A DNA stretch of 64,000 bases from Lama glama (taxonomy: Eukaryota). The notes beneath the pieces are model-generated. The model searched no databases. It worked only from the letters and a program-made list of their open reading frames with translations, and was not told where the DNA came from. Location of the stretch: contig CM052835.1 of the NCBI GenBank assembly GCA_028534125.1, positions 1,798,001 through 1,862,000 of the forward strand, read 5' to 3'. How positions within the stretch are numbered: the stretch's first letter is position 1; every line of letters starts with the position of its first letter. Shown here one piece after another: positions 45,757-57,082 of this stretch. Made by a program: the position numbers and the translations under genes.

Positions 45757-46809
45757 GTCCGGCCTTTACAGTCTAGCCTTTCCTGCGACCGGTTCCCCGT
45801 TGGGCTCCATCTGGCTCCTCTCCGCCGGGGGCTCTCACCCCTGCTCCCTCCTTGTCCCGAAGACGGTCTTTGATTTGCGAGTTTGCAGGATGGACAGGCC
45901 TGGACCTCGGCAGCCCGGTCCAGACTGGTGTAGACTTTATGTCGTGACCCCTCAGGTCGCACATGGGCCCCACCCCCCACCCCGTCCCTGCAAACCTTGT
46001 GCCTCCCGAGGGCCTGGCCTGCTGGTGACGGGGCTGCCTCCCTGAGGCCACCAGACAGCGACCAGTCGCTGCCCTTATGTTACCTTCTCTCATCCTTACC
46101 TGCCCCAAACCCGTTTTCAGTCCTTCTCTTGGCTTTTTATCTGTGCAGTCACATATGCAGATACAAACGGCTTTATCTTTTCCAGCCCAATGTTTATATT
46201 TGCTGTCACAATTTATTGACAGTAACTTCCTCAGCCACGTTGAAGCACCCTGGTGACACTGGCGCCCGTCCTCTGTCTGCCTGTCTGTCTGTCTGCCATT
46301 TCCTGGCGTCACTGAGAATCAGTGTGTTTCCAGGCTAACTCGAGCACCTGCTTTGAGACCAACACTCTTCCTCGTGTTGCTCAGCTGGCACTTTGCTCCC
46401 TGTTTGAATTCTGAAGCCTGTTTGTGAGCTGTTGGTTGAGGATCTCAGTCACTGTTCTGTGAGATTTGCCCCTTCTCTGGTCCATATTAGTCGCTCTTAA
46501 GTGCGCTTGGTAAAGCAAATGTGGTCTTTTAAAAAAATCTTTTTATGTTTTCTGGAAGGACGTTGGTGTTTCTTAACATATGAATGAACTTATGTCTTGA
46601 TCACTCTGCGACCATCATCACCCTGGAAGCCAGAGGTTCCTTCTGGGACTCTGAACTGAGCCCGGCGGTGAGCTCCTCTGGTTCGCGGGGCATCACCTAA
46701 CGCGGAGCTGCAGGTCACGGGGCCACGGGGAATAACCAGGAGGCCCAGGGCGTGACTTCCGTTTCTGCGGGGCACCTGAGGCCGCTGACGCTGCGCCAGG
46801 CGGGTGTCT

Positions 46810-46915
46810 GCTAACGTCACAGAAGAAGAAACAGGGGCTCGGAGAGCGTTACCGACTTCCCTCCGTTCCCGCAGGGCGGTGGGGAGCAGGACCCGCGCTT
46901 GAACTTGGAGCTTTG
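46810..46915 (-). mobile_element. MIR remnant
   Basis: acagaagaagaaacaggggctcggagagcgttaccgacttccc resembles the MIR core acagatgaggaaactgaggctcagagaggttaagtgacttgccc. Confidence 0.6.
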
Positions 46916-47759
46916 CAAATCCTGTGCTCTCGTGTCCCTGTCTCAGGCCCTGCCTGGCGAATAATAATAATACTAATTATTATTCCTTCCAAGTTGTTAA
47001 CGGAAACAGCTCACAGAGCAGCACATTCCTCACGGTCCTGAAGCTTCCTCTGAGCCCTCACTCGGCCGCGCACAATGTCTCCCCGACGTGGCCACAGGCC
47101 GGGGCAGCCCGCGTGAGCGGCGGCCAGGCTGGCTCCCGAGTGGCCCGTCTGGTTCTGGCTGGAGGTCCGCTGCCGTCAGTCCTCCCCGGCGTTTGTTGTG
47201 TCTGAGGCTTCAGAACCAAGTGGCCCACTTCCCAGATATGCGATTGGCCCTTCCCAAAGTCAGAGGCTTTTCCTGGATTTCTTCTCCTGGGCATTTTTCA
47301 CATTATCCTGGTTTTTGTTCGCCGTTGAAAACCACTGTGGGCAAACAGCCGTCCATAGCCCTTCCTCCTGGGGCGGGCCTAGACTCCACTGGCCGAGGGC
47401 ATGGCTTCGCACTGCCCATCGTGGCCGACCTCGGGCTGGGTTGCTGGAAAGGCAGGGAGAACTCTGCAGACTTTTACGAGACGCTGTCACGTCCGTACCT
47501 ATCGGCAGAGGCCTTGGGGTGGGGGTCCTTACAAGCGGCTCCCTTCCTGCTCTCTTTCCCCCACGATCCAACCAGGACTCACACCAGGACCTCTGGGCAC
47601 TGAAACTGGGGGTGTGTTAGGAACACCAGAGGCTGTGGCTGTTTCCTCTCAGCCTGTCCGAATGGCATAAGAAATGCAATAGATGGCACCCCAGGAACGG
47701 AACGGGCTAGACTTCAGTTTAAGAATAAATAAATAAAATAAAATGGGTACTATTGACAT

Positions 47760-48470
47760 TTCTTTGTGGTTTTTCTTCCAGTTTCGCTGAGGGATGTGTA
47801 ATATCCAAACCGTGGCACGGACTTGATGTGTGCATTTTGATGAGTTTGGACATTGCTCGCTCCCGTGGTACCATCACGGCAAAGTGAGAAACACGTCCGT
47901 CTCCTCCGTGAGATTTCTTGTGTCCCTTTGTCATTTTTTTCCTTTCCTTTTTTGTGATAAGAGTACGCGATCTACCCTTTTAACAGGTTGCTACGTGCAC
48001 AGCACCAAATTGTTACCTGTAGCGCTGTCGCACACAAGAGGTCCTGAACCCATTCGTCTCGCGTGAGTGGAGCTTTATACCCACTAACATCCGCCATCCT
48101 GCGGCACCCGCCATCCACTCCCTGCTTCTGTGCGTCTGACTTCCGCTTCCTCAAAGAAGTGAGATCAGGTGGTGTCTGTCCTTCTGTGCCTGTTATTTCA
48201 CTCACTGGGACGGCCTCCAGGTTCATCTCTGTTGTTGGAAATGATACGATCTCCTTCCTGTTTAGGGCTGAGTAATATTCTGTGGTGGGTGTGAGTATCT
48301 CTCTCTGTACCTGGAATCCAGATCTGTATCACCTAGGTCTGAAGCTCGCCCACGTTTTCATTGTCCTTTCGTCCGTCAGTGGACTCCTGCTTGCTTTGAA
48401 GCCCTGGCTACTGCAATAACGCTGCAGAGAACATGCGGGAGCAGACAGCTCTTAGAGGTCCCGCTTTCAG
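47760..48470 (-). mobile_element. Old L1 3'-end fragments (L1MA/MB-like)
   Basis: ttttgatgagtttggacat...; gaagtgagatcaggtggtgtctgtccttctgtgcctgttatttcactca...cctccaggttcatc...gggctgagtaatattc. Confidence 0.8.
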
Positions 48471-49394
48471 CTGGAACTAGAACCCAGGAGAGGGCTTGTG
48501 GGTAGCCGCCAGTGCCAGGAAACGGAGGTCACGTGATCTGGGGTTTGTTTCTCAGCCTCGCCGGCGAATGACCATGAGGGGGTCCTTGGAGGCACTTAAG
48601 TCCCAGCTTAGCCACGTGGGCCCCAGCAGGGAGCCCACACCCCCTGAGGGATGAAGACAGCCTGTGCTGTGGAGCCAGGCACGATGCCCCGGGCGGCCTT
48701 GGGTGCCGAGCCCTGGTCTTTGTGCCCCTCTCGGGGGGCCCCCTGCAGAAGCCCCTGCACGCAGGCCCCTCTTTCCGCCTTCCCCGTCCTCAGGCTGCCG
48801 GGGAGCTGGCTGCCTGATACAGCGGGCCTTCCTGGAAAAAACGCAGCTCAGCCCGACTCGCTCAGTGTGAGCCAGCACCTCCAGGAGGTAAAAACTGACC
48901 ACGTTTACGTTCCAAACAAAACAAGGCCGGTGCAGCCTCAGCTGGTGTTTACAAAGCGTGATGTTTCTGTTTCTTTCTTAGGCAGTTCCTGTGATTCTTT
49001 AACATCTCGAGAGAACTTCATGGTTCCCCTGTTGTTTTGTGACCTGCGTCCTGGGCCTTCCATCGTTCGCCCTGCTGTGGTTTTCAAACTGCAAAAGAGA
49101 CAGACAGAAGCTGCTATAAGGGTTATAAACGCGAGGAAGGTACCCCTGAGAATCGGGGCTGGGCGAGCCTGGGAAAGCCTGGTGCCGATGAGATCAAGTG
49201 TAAGGGAGCTTCTCACACAGAGAACGACATGCCCGCGGGCCGCCCTCTGAGCAGAGCCAGAGCCAGAGCTGGCGGTGGGCCTCTGTGGGCCCCTAAGGAA
49301 GGATTCCTTGAACAGAACCGTTATGGTGGCAACAGAGCTCCAAGGGGGTCCTGCCAGCCCACTCCTAAGGTCTCTTTTATAAAGGAACGTATCT

Positions 49395-49834
49395 AGTAGC
49401 CGAGCAGGACCCCAGGGGGCCCCCCAGGGACAGACCCTCCCCGTGTCCTCCCCTGCAGCTCCGCTTTGAAGAACCGGAGCACAGCATGTATTTCCTGAAT
49501 TTTTCAGAAGCTAAAAATCACCACCAAAGGGAAGAAATCAGCTACTTGACGACGGACAGCATGTGGCCCCTCAGAGTTGACAGTGCTGACCATCCTGTTC
49601 CCTCCACATCAACCTGTCAGAAGACCGTGCACGAGCTGATCACGCACCTGCGACCCCAGCCCTCACCTGGCCTTCGAATGTGCTTTGCTGAAACCCCTCG
49701 AGGAGTTCGGGGTTTCCTGGGGCCACCCCGTGCTCCTTGCTCGGCCCTGCAGTCAACCTTCCTCTGCTCCAAACTCAAGTGTCAGTTGTGCGGCCTCGCG
49801 GCGCGGCGGGCAGGCGGCCTTGCCTTCAGTAGCG
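49395..49834 (+). mobile_element. Solo ERV (ERV1-like) LTR
   Basis: Starts gtagccgagcaggacccc; has internal aacctgtcagaagaccgtgcacgagctgatcacgcacc and 3' ctttgctgaaacccc...ggagttcggg...ctccttgctcggccctgc...ctctgctccaaactc, resembling a laurasiatherian ERV1 LTR. No internal genes flank it. Confidence 0.7.
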
Positions 49835-50397
49835 CCTGCGGCCCGGGAGGGCTCAGAGCCATGTCTTGCCGCCGCAGGGCGACCACCTCCGCCACGTCTC
49901 AAGAACTTTCCGCGTTGTTTTAGCCTCTAATTAGCATTTTTATGTGCTTTCCTGGGGCCAGTCCGAAAAGCCGAACAAATCACTTGCTAACCAGCCTCGT
50001 CGAGGTTCTGCCATGAAAGCCCGTGTTAAGTGTCTTCACTGTTCGGCCCGGAGCTCCTGCTGGTCCGGGCTGAGCTCAGCCAAGATGCTGTGGCTTTCTG
50101 GAAGCACACAGGCTGAGCCTGGGGAATTGTAAACGATCCTTCGGGGGCGCAGCCGGGACAAGCTTACTTGGTCTCCGAGTCTATTTCGAAACCCCATGCG
50201 AGGTGAGCCCCTTCCCACATGTTTGTAAAGGGCACTGAGCGTCTCCCAGGAGCCGTTCCGGCCGCAGGCACAGTGGATCAGGAGCCACGGGGGGTCCTCG
50301 GCCTGGTCCCCACTCCCTCGAGAGGTCCAGTCCCTTCGTGTGGCCCGCAGCCCTCCTGCCCGCACTTTCTGACCATTTCTCCCCCGTCTCTTTCTCT

Positions 50398-50530
50398 TTT
50401 CATTGAAGTATCGTTGACTTAGTGTTTCAGGTGCGCAGCAAAGTGTTTCGCTTAGACACACATCTTTATACTTCCTCTTTCTCACATTTTTTCCCGTTAC
50501 AGGTTATGACACGATATTGATTACAGTTCC
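50398..50530 (-). mobile_element. Short L1 3' tail
   Basis: ttcattgaagtatcgttgact...gtttcaggtgcgcagcaaagtg...ttacaggttatgacacgatattgattacagttccct. Confidence 0.8.
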
Positions 50531-51644
50531 CTCACCTCGCCTCTTGAGCTACGTTCATGCCGACAGGAGAGACGTTCACGTACTGAGGTCTGGCTCGCAC
50601 GTGAGTTCACCTGAGTGTGGCACTGCCTAGACCAGCCCGTCTGAGGCCCGTCAAACCCACACTGAGCATCTGCTTTAGCTGTTACAGGGAAGGGCGCGCT
50701 GGCCGGGAGTAACGCACGTCCACCGTAAAAACAAAGACCAAATGCCTCCCTTCCCGGACGCCAAGGTGGCGAGGAAGGGGTGGCACCCGCGTCCCAGTCT
50801 GGGGGTCTCACTCTCGGTGCTGCCCCTGCCTGGGCTCCAGAGCCCGGGCCGCCTGCAGCCGGCCCACGTGTCCTGGGGGTCGGCGTCCCGGCCCCGCGTC
50901 CTGGTGCGGCTGGGGAGGCAGACGCCCTCGTGGTGCGGTGACACCGCGTCTTCTCAGACGGTGCGACGCCCTCCTTGATGCACATGGTTGGGCCTGTTTC
51001 TCACAGGAATCGGAGGGGAGCAGCCTGGGTGAAGACGCCCCCTCCTTCCCTTGTAACGAGCTCCCAGAGCCAGGGACGCCCCTGCACATCCGTGCCGCCA
51101 GGGCCTGGCGGGGCGCCTGCGAGCCGGGGGAACCTCGCCGTGTTTACTTTCTCATGTGCTCCTCCGACCTTCGGTGTCTGCCTCCGCCCCCCCCGGGGGC
51201 TTTCTGGAGGCAGACAGCTGGGGGGTCAGGCCAAGGGAGCAGCGGCCCTGTGGTCAAGGGCAGAGGCCAGGCCGAGGCTGCGGGACGTGGGCCCCGTCGC
51301 TAATTATCTGTGTGGCACCCCTCCCCAAACGCGGGCTGCCTGCGCCTGGCTTTCCCAGGGAAATGGGGGTTTGATGCTAACGCAGTCTCCGCCCTGGCCT
51401 GTGCCTTGCTCCAGATAAGTCTTTCCAGAGGCTGATGTTTTATCCCAAAATCTTGCTCTCTGTGCTTCGGCGTAAAAATAACCGACTCGGTCTTGATACG
51501 TAAATGCACCAAACATGCTGACTCATCAGATATGCACACTTGAGTGGTGGCTCGAAATCGTCACATTTTACAGGGAAGTTCTACTGCCTGGGTTTTCAAA
51601 CAGGCACATGAAATACATGACGCTGCCCCCATTTAGGGGGAACA

Positions 51645-52365
51645 TTTTTTAAATTGAAGTACAGTCGGTTTACAGTGTTGTGGTTCTGGTGCGCAGCACA
51701 GTGCTTCAGTCACATGTGAACATACATATGTTCACTTTTCAGATTCTTTTTAATTATAGGTGACTACAAAGTATTGAGTATGTTCCCTGTCCAAGTAGGA
51801 CCTTGTTGCTTATCTGTTTTATACACAGTAGTCAGTATCTGCAAATCTCGAACTCCCACCTTATCCCTCCCCACCTTTTCCCCTTGGTAACCTTAAGTGT
51901 GTTCTCTATGTCTGTGAGTCTGTTTCTATTTTGTAAATAAGTTCATTTGTCTTCTTTTTTAGATTCCACATCTGAGCGATCTCATATGGTATTTTTCTTT
52001 CTCTTTCTGGCTGACTTCACTTAGAATGGCATTCTCCAGGAGCATCCGTGTTGCTGCAAATGGNNNNNNNNNNNNNNNNNNNNNNNNNNNNNNNNNNNNN
52101 NNNNNNNNNNNNNNNNNNNNNNNNNNNNNNNNNNNNNNNNNNNNNNNNNNNNNNNNNNNNNNNNNNNNNNNNNNNNNNNNNNNNNNNNNNNNNNNNNNNN
52201 NNNNNNNNNNNNNNNCTTTTCAAATTAGAGTTNNNNNNNNNNNNNNNNNNNNNNNNNNNNNNNNNNNNNNNNNNNNNNNNNNNNNNNNNNNNNNNNNNNN
52301 NNNNNNNNNNNNNNNNNNNNNNNNNNNNNNNNNNNNNNNNNNNNNNNNNNNNNNNNNNNNNNNNN
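51645..52365 (-). mobile_element. Young camelid-type LINE-1 3' end, partly replaced by N (52064-52215, 52233-52365)
   Basis: Collinear with the 39915-40615 copy (gtaaataagttcatttgtc, gcgatctcatatggtatttttcttt, ttgctgcaaatgg). Confidence 0.92.
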
Positions 52366-52794
52366 TTCCTTAAGGGGAAGGTTGGAACTTGGCTCCGAGG
52401 TGATGAAGTGGCCGAGCTGAGACGCCATCAGGTCCTGCTGGTCCCGCCCCTGCAGCAGGTGCCCTGTGAGTCACAGCTGCTACCACATGGAGTTAAACAG
52501 GATGGGGGTGTGATGGTGCCAGAGACTTGAAGGTGCAGACACGGTACTGTGACTGTCCCTGGCTCATTTCCGAGGAGCACCAATTACCCCGACCCTCACC
52601 GGAGCACAGTCAGTACAGCAGGCTGGGGGTGCCGCTCACCTATGCTGGACACTCCATCTGACTTTTTTCTCCTCTCACCTGGAGCCCCAAACTCGGGTCC
52701 CTTTCCTCCGTGACACCTATATGCCTTGACATTTTTATGTTTTTAACCTTACACTTTAGTTGAAAAGAACTGAAGGCAAACTGTAGACTAAACC

Positions 52795-52875
52795 ATGCAT
52801 GTATGTTTGTGTGTGTACGTCCGTGCGGGTGTGGGCATGTCTGTGTGCGCATATGTATGTGTTTGGATGTATCTA
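52795..52875. repeat. Degenerate (TG/TA)n microsatellite
   Basis: atgcatgtatgtttgtgtgtgtacg...gtgtgtatatgcatgtgt. Confidence 0.7.
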
Positions 52876-54551
52876 TGTGTGTATATGCATGTGTAATATC
52901 AGAAAAACAGGTGTATCCACTTTGAGTTTCTGTGTGAATTTTCCATGTTATTTTTTTTTTTTTTTTTGGTGTCATCCCAGGTCTGCTTCTCGGAGCATTT
53001 CGGGCAGGTGCACGGTGGTGGGTGCCCGCTGGACAGAGCTGTGTCTCATCTCAGGGGACTGCGAATTTTCTGACTCTAGAAGCGTCTCTGTTTTTCCCAC
53101 CACCACTCATAGGAGAGTTGCCTCCTTGGTTCTGTCTTCTCTGATTGGCCGGTGGCTGGTCCCTTGCCTTCCAGACCTCCACCGTCCCCCGTGCAAAGTC
53201 CACGGAGACGTCTAGTTCCCGAGGCCTTCCCGCCTCTGTGCTGCAGAAGAAGGGGCTCAAGACGGACTGCCCGGCCGTGCGTTTGCTCACTCTGTCCACA
53301 GAGATACACGCGCCCGTCCGTGAGCAGGCACAGCCGTCCTGGGGCTGCGTGCAAAGAGCAGACCAGCTCCCGGGCGGCTAAGACGCAGGGAGGGGATGGG
53401 CAGGCGCTGCCAGGCACCCGGGCGTGGGGCACACACGCAGGGATCTTGATAGTGTGAAAGCTCTCCCTGCTCTGGGACGAACGCAGGGTCACCCCCTTAT
53501 TATTTGCAGACACTTCCCCCTGTTGCACTTACTCCCCCTGCCGGGACATCATGCCCTCCTGCCACCTGGATTTGTGGGCTTAACCCCTGTCCACTCGGAG
53601 GTGGACCGTCGCCCCCGCTCCCGTCACCCCACACCCGTCTCCCATGTCACCGGGGGCCCCTCCCCGCCAGGGCGGTCCGTCCTCTTCCTGGGGAGGGACT
53701 TTTCTGGAGCTGTGACTCTCGCCGCCGGCAGCCACCCCAGGTGCACGCTCGCCAGCTGCTCATGGAAGAAAGTGTCCTCTTTTTCTCAGAGATTCTCCTG
53801 TCACCCGTGTCTCTGGGACATGGGGGTGCCCCGCGGGGCTGGTCACAATGTGGCAGCTGAGGCCCCGGGGGGGTCAGGGCTGCTGTCCTTAGTGAGCCGG
53901 ACGCGACGCACCACGTCGGAGAGCATGGCTGCTCAGATTGGGGAGCGGGAGGCGAGGGTAACCTTCGGCTCAGGCACCCGTGTGGCCGTGGCATCGTGTC
54001 TATGCAGGTCCCCACGCTGAGACCCCGCCCGGCTCACTCTGGCACCTCCCTCTCTGCTTCCAACTCCTAACGGTCCTTCCGTCCCCAGTGTGAATGGGGC
54101 TCACATCTGTGGTCTGGGGGACACTGCTCTTGCACGGTCACCTGTCCCTGGGGGGCCTCCCTCTCCCTCTCCCGGTGCCATGTCAGGATGCTCCCACAAC
54201 TCACAGGGGTCCTCCCTGCCCCGCCCGCACTGCCTGTGGCTCCGTGCACCCCCACGGCAGAGTCCCAACCTCCTGTGGACCCCTCCCCTTGTGGGATGCA
54301 GCCAGACGGAGTCCTGCTCTCAGGACTGATCTTGAGTAAAGGCTGTAACACACCTCAGTGTCCTTCCTTGATGCTTAGATGCGGCTGGTGTGGAGAAGTT
54401 GGCAATAAGCCTTCCTTGGTTGCTTAACTCTCTTCTTTGGTACCCGTCGAACCCACCTGAATGTACACTGCCAATTTCAACATGTGAGCCTTGTGGTAAT
54501 CACACCTGGGAGAATAAGGGAAGTCAAGTGTAAATGAACTGGTGGGGCCAA

Positions 54552-55435
54552 AGGAGACATTCAGACGGCCCACAGACACATGCAAAGATGCTCCGTANNN
54601 NNNNNNNNNNNNNNNNNNNNNNNNNNNNNNNNNNNNNNNNNNNNNNNNNNNNNNNNNNNNNNNNNNNNNNNNNNNNNNNNNNNNNNNNNNNNNNNNNNNN
54701 NNNNNNNNNNNNNNNNNNNNNNNNNNNNNNNTGCTGGTGGGAATGCAGTTTGGTGCAGCCACTGTGCAAAACAGTATGGAGATTCCTCAAAAAACTGAAA
54801 ATAGACTTACCCTATGACCCAGCATTCCCACTCCTGGGCATGTATCCAGAAGGAACCCTGCTTCAAAGNNNNNNNNNNNNNNNNNNNNNNNNNNNNNNNN
54901 NNNNNNNNNNNNNNNNNNNNNNNNNNNNNNNNNNNNNNNNNNNNNNNNNNNNNNNNNNNNNNNNNNNNNNNNNNNNNNNNNNNNNNNNNNNNNNNNNNNN
55001 NNNNNNNNNNNNNNNNNNNNNNNNNNNNNNNNNNNNNNNNNNNNNNNNNNNNNNNNNNNNNNNNNNNNNNNNNNNNNNNNNNNNNAAGAAAAATGTCATA
55101 TGAGATCACTCACATGTGGAATGTAAAAAAAAAAGACACAAGTGAACTTGTTTATGAAACAGAAACAGATTCACAGACATAGAAAACAAACTTGTGGTTC
55201 CAGAGGGTAAAGGGTGAGGAAGGATAAATTGGGAGTTCAAGATTTGCAGATACTAACTACTGCATATAAAATAGATAAACAGTAAGTTTCTGTACAGCAC
55301 AGGGAACTATATTCAATATCTTGTAATAACCTATGATGAAAAAGAATCTGAAAAGGAATATATGTGTGTATTCGTATGGCCAGAAACTGACACAACATTG
55401 TAAACTGACTATACAAAAAAAAAATCTAAAAAAAA
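54552..55435 (+). mobile_element. Young camelid-type LINE-1 3' end, partly replaced by N (54598-54731, 54869-55085)
   Basis: Frame CWWECSLVQPLCKTVWRFLKKLKIDLPYDPAFPLLGMYPEGT, then the L1 3' UTR and an A-tail at ~55415-55435. Confidence 0.93.
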
Positions 55436-57021
55436 TGTAGTTGTGCTTAGAAAAACGCCTGTATAGAAATGCTTTTCTCTTTCATAGTTTCTGCCTCCAA
55501 ATGTGCCCTTCTGACCATGGGTTATTTTCTGTTAATAAAAACAATGTGTCTTTCTCCAGGAGTTCTTTGCCCATTATTTCACATCGATGACCGTCAAGAC
55601 TTTCCAAAAGCTGGGCTGTAATTTAAATAAAAATGGCACCAGCCCGGACAATGGGCATTTTCCCCTCTGGCAGCCGCACAATGGGAACGCGTTTGACACG
55701 CCGCCCGGAACATTCCGAGTGAACTCACAGCAGGAAACACACTCGGGCTGAGGTCATCTTAACCTACTCGATGACCGTTTGTTCTCAGTTTCGAAAGTTA
55801 ACCCAGCAAGGAGGACTTGGCCACAGAGACCGAATATGAAAAAAATCGTTTCAACCGAACTGTTCCAGGGTTGAGCAACTTCTCCCTGCTGTGCACACGC
55901 AGCCCAGATGCCCGCTTCTGTGCTGACTTCTTTGCAGAGGGTGCTGCCACCACGGAGGAACCAGCAGTGCCCCAGGCGCCCTGCGGAGGGTCTGGATGCC
56001 AGTTTCTCACTCTGGCATGGGGGGAGCTTTTGTTTTTTCTCTCTTTCATAGGTAGAGAGATGTGAGGTGGCCTCCCAGAGGGCTGTGGTGACAGATAATG
56101 CAGGTAAGCTACCCCCTGAAGGCCTGGTGCCCAGCAAGCGTTTTGCCAGGGTTGACTTCACGACAGAGCGCTCCTGCTGGGCCACACCTGGCAGAGGCTT
56201 TCCAGGGCGCGGGGCGAGGGTGCCTCCTGATCGGAGGTCGCTGCAGATGAGCGCTACTCCTCGGGGCCAAGGGCTGCGTGAGACGGTCCCTAGCTGGGTG
56301 TCGCCGTGGTGGCTCCCCGGTTGTCACTGGGCAGAGGCCTCCGTACCAGGGAAAAAGGGCTAGGCAGCAGGTAGGAGGGCCGAGGACGCCTCACCAGCGC
56401 TAGCAGAACGCACCCAGCAGACATCACGGGCTCCCACAGGACGAGGGGCAGAACCGCAGGCGCCCGCTGAGCGCAGCTCCTAACCCCCGGAGACCCCCCG
56501 CCATGGGCCGGCCCCTCACCCCTCCCGCTCCTCTCAGACTCCCAGTCTTGGACGCACATCCACCTCTCACCCATGTGGGGCAGGAAGGAAGATTCTGGAC
56601 TCAGCCTCGTCAGATCTAACGTCTGTGGCTTGTGTTATTTCCAGAATGCTTCCCGTCATGACCCACACAGCACGGCATCATGCAAGGGTGGGATGTGTCC
56701 GTCTTCTTCAACTCTCGATCTAAAGCACCCCCAGAGATTCATGTGGCCTGTGGGGGGGCCCCACGAATCCACTCGGCTTCTTGAGCGATTATACACAGCA
56801 TCCCCACTCCTGACAAGCATTATCTGCAAACAAGGGTGCGTGCCCTTCAAGGCAGACCCTGCCCTGCCCCAGCGTGCAAGCTTGCGTTTCAGCGCTCGCT
56901 CCAGCCTCAGCCAGACACTCTGCACTGTAACAGTGCACAACCTGCACAACTGGACACAACGACCCTAAATACGGAGGCTTAACTTGCAGAAGAAAGCACG
57001 ATGAAGGTACGAGAATAATGA

Positions 57022-57082
57022 CGTGTGTGTGAGCATGTTAGTGTGCGTGTGTGTGTGTGAGTGTGCGAGTGAGTGTGTGAGT
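57022..57082. repeat. (TG)n-rich microsatellite
   Basis: gtgtgtgtgagcatgttagtgtgcgtgtgtgtgtgtgagtgtgcgagtgagtgtgtgag. Confidence 0.8.
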
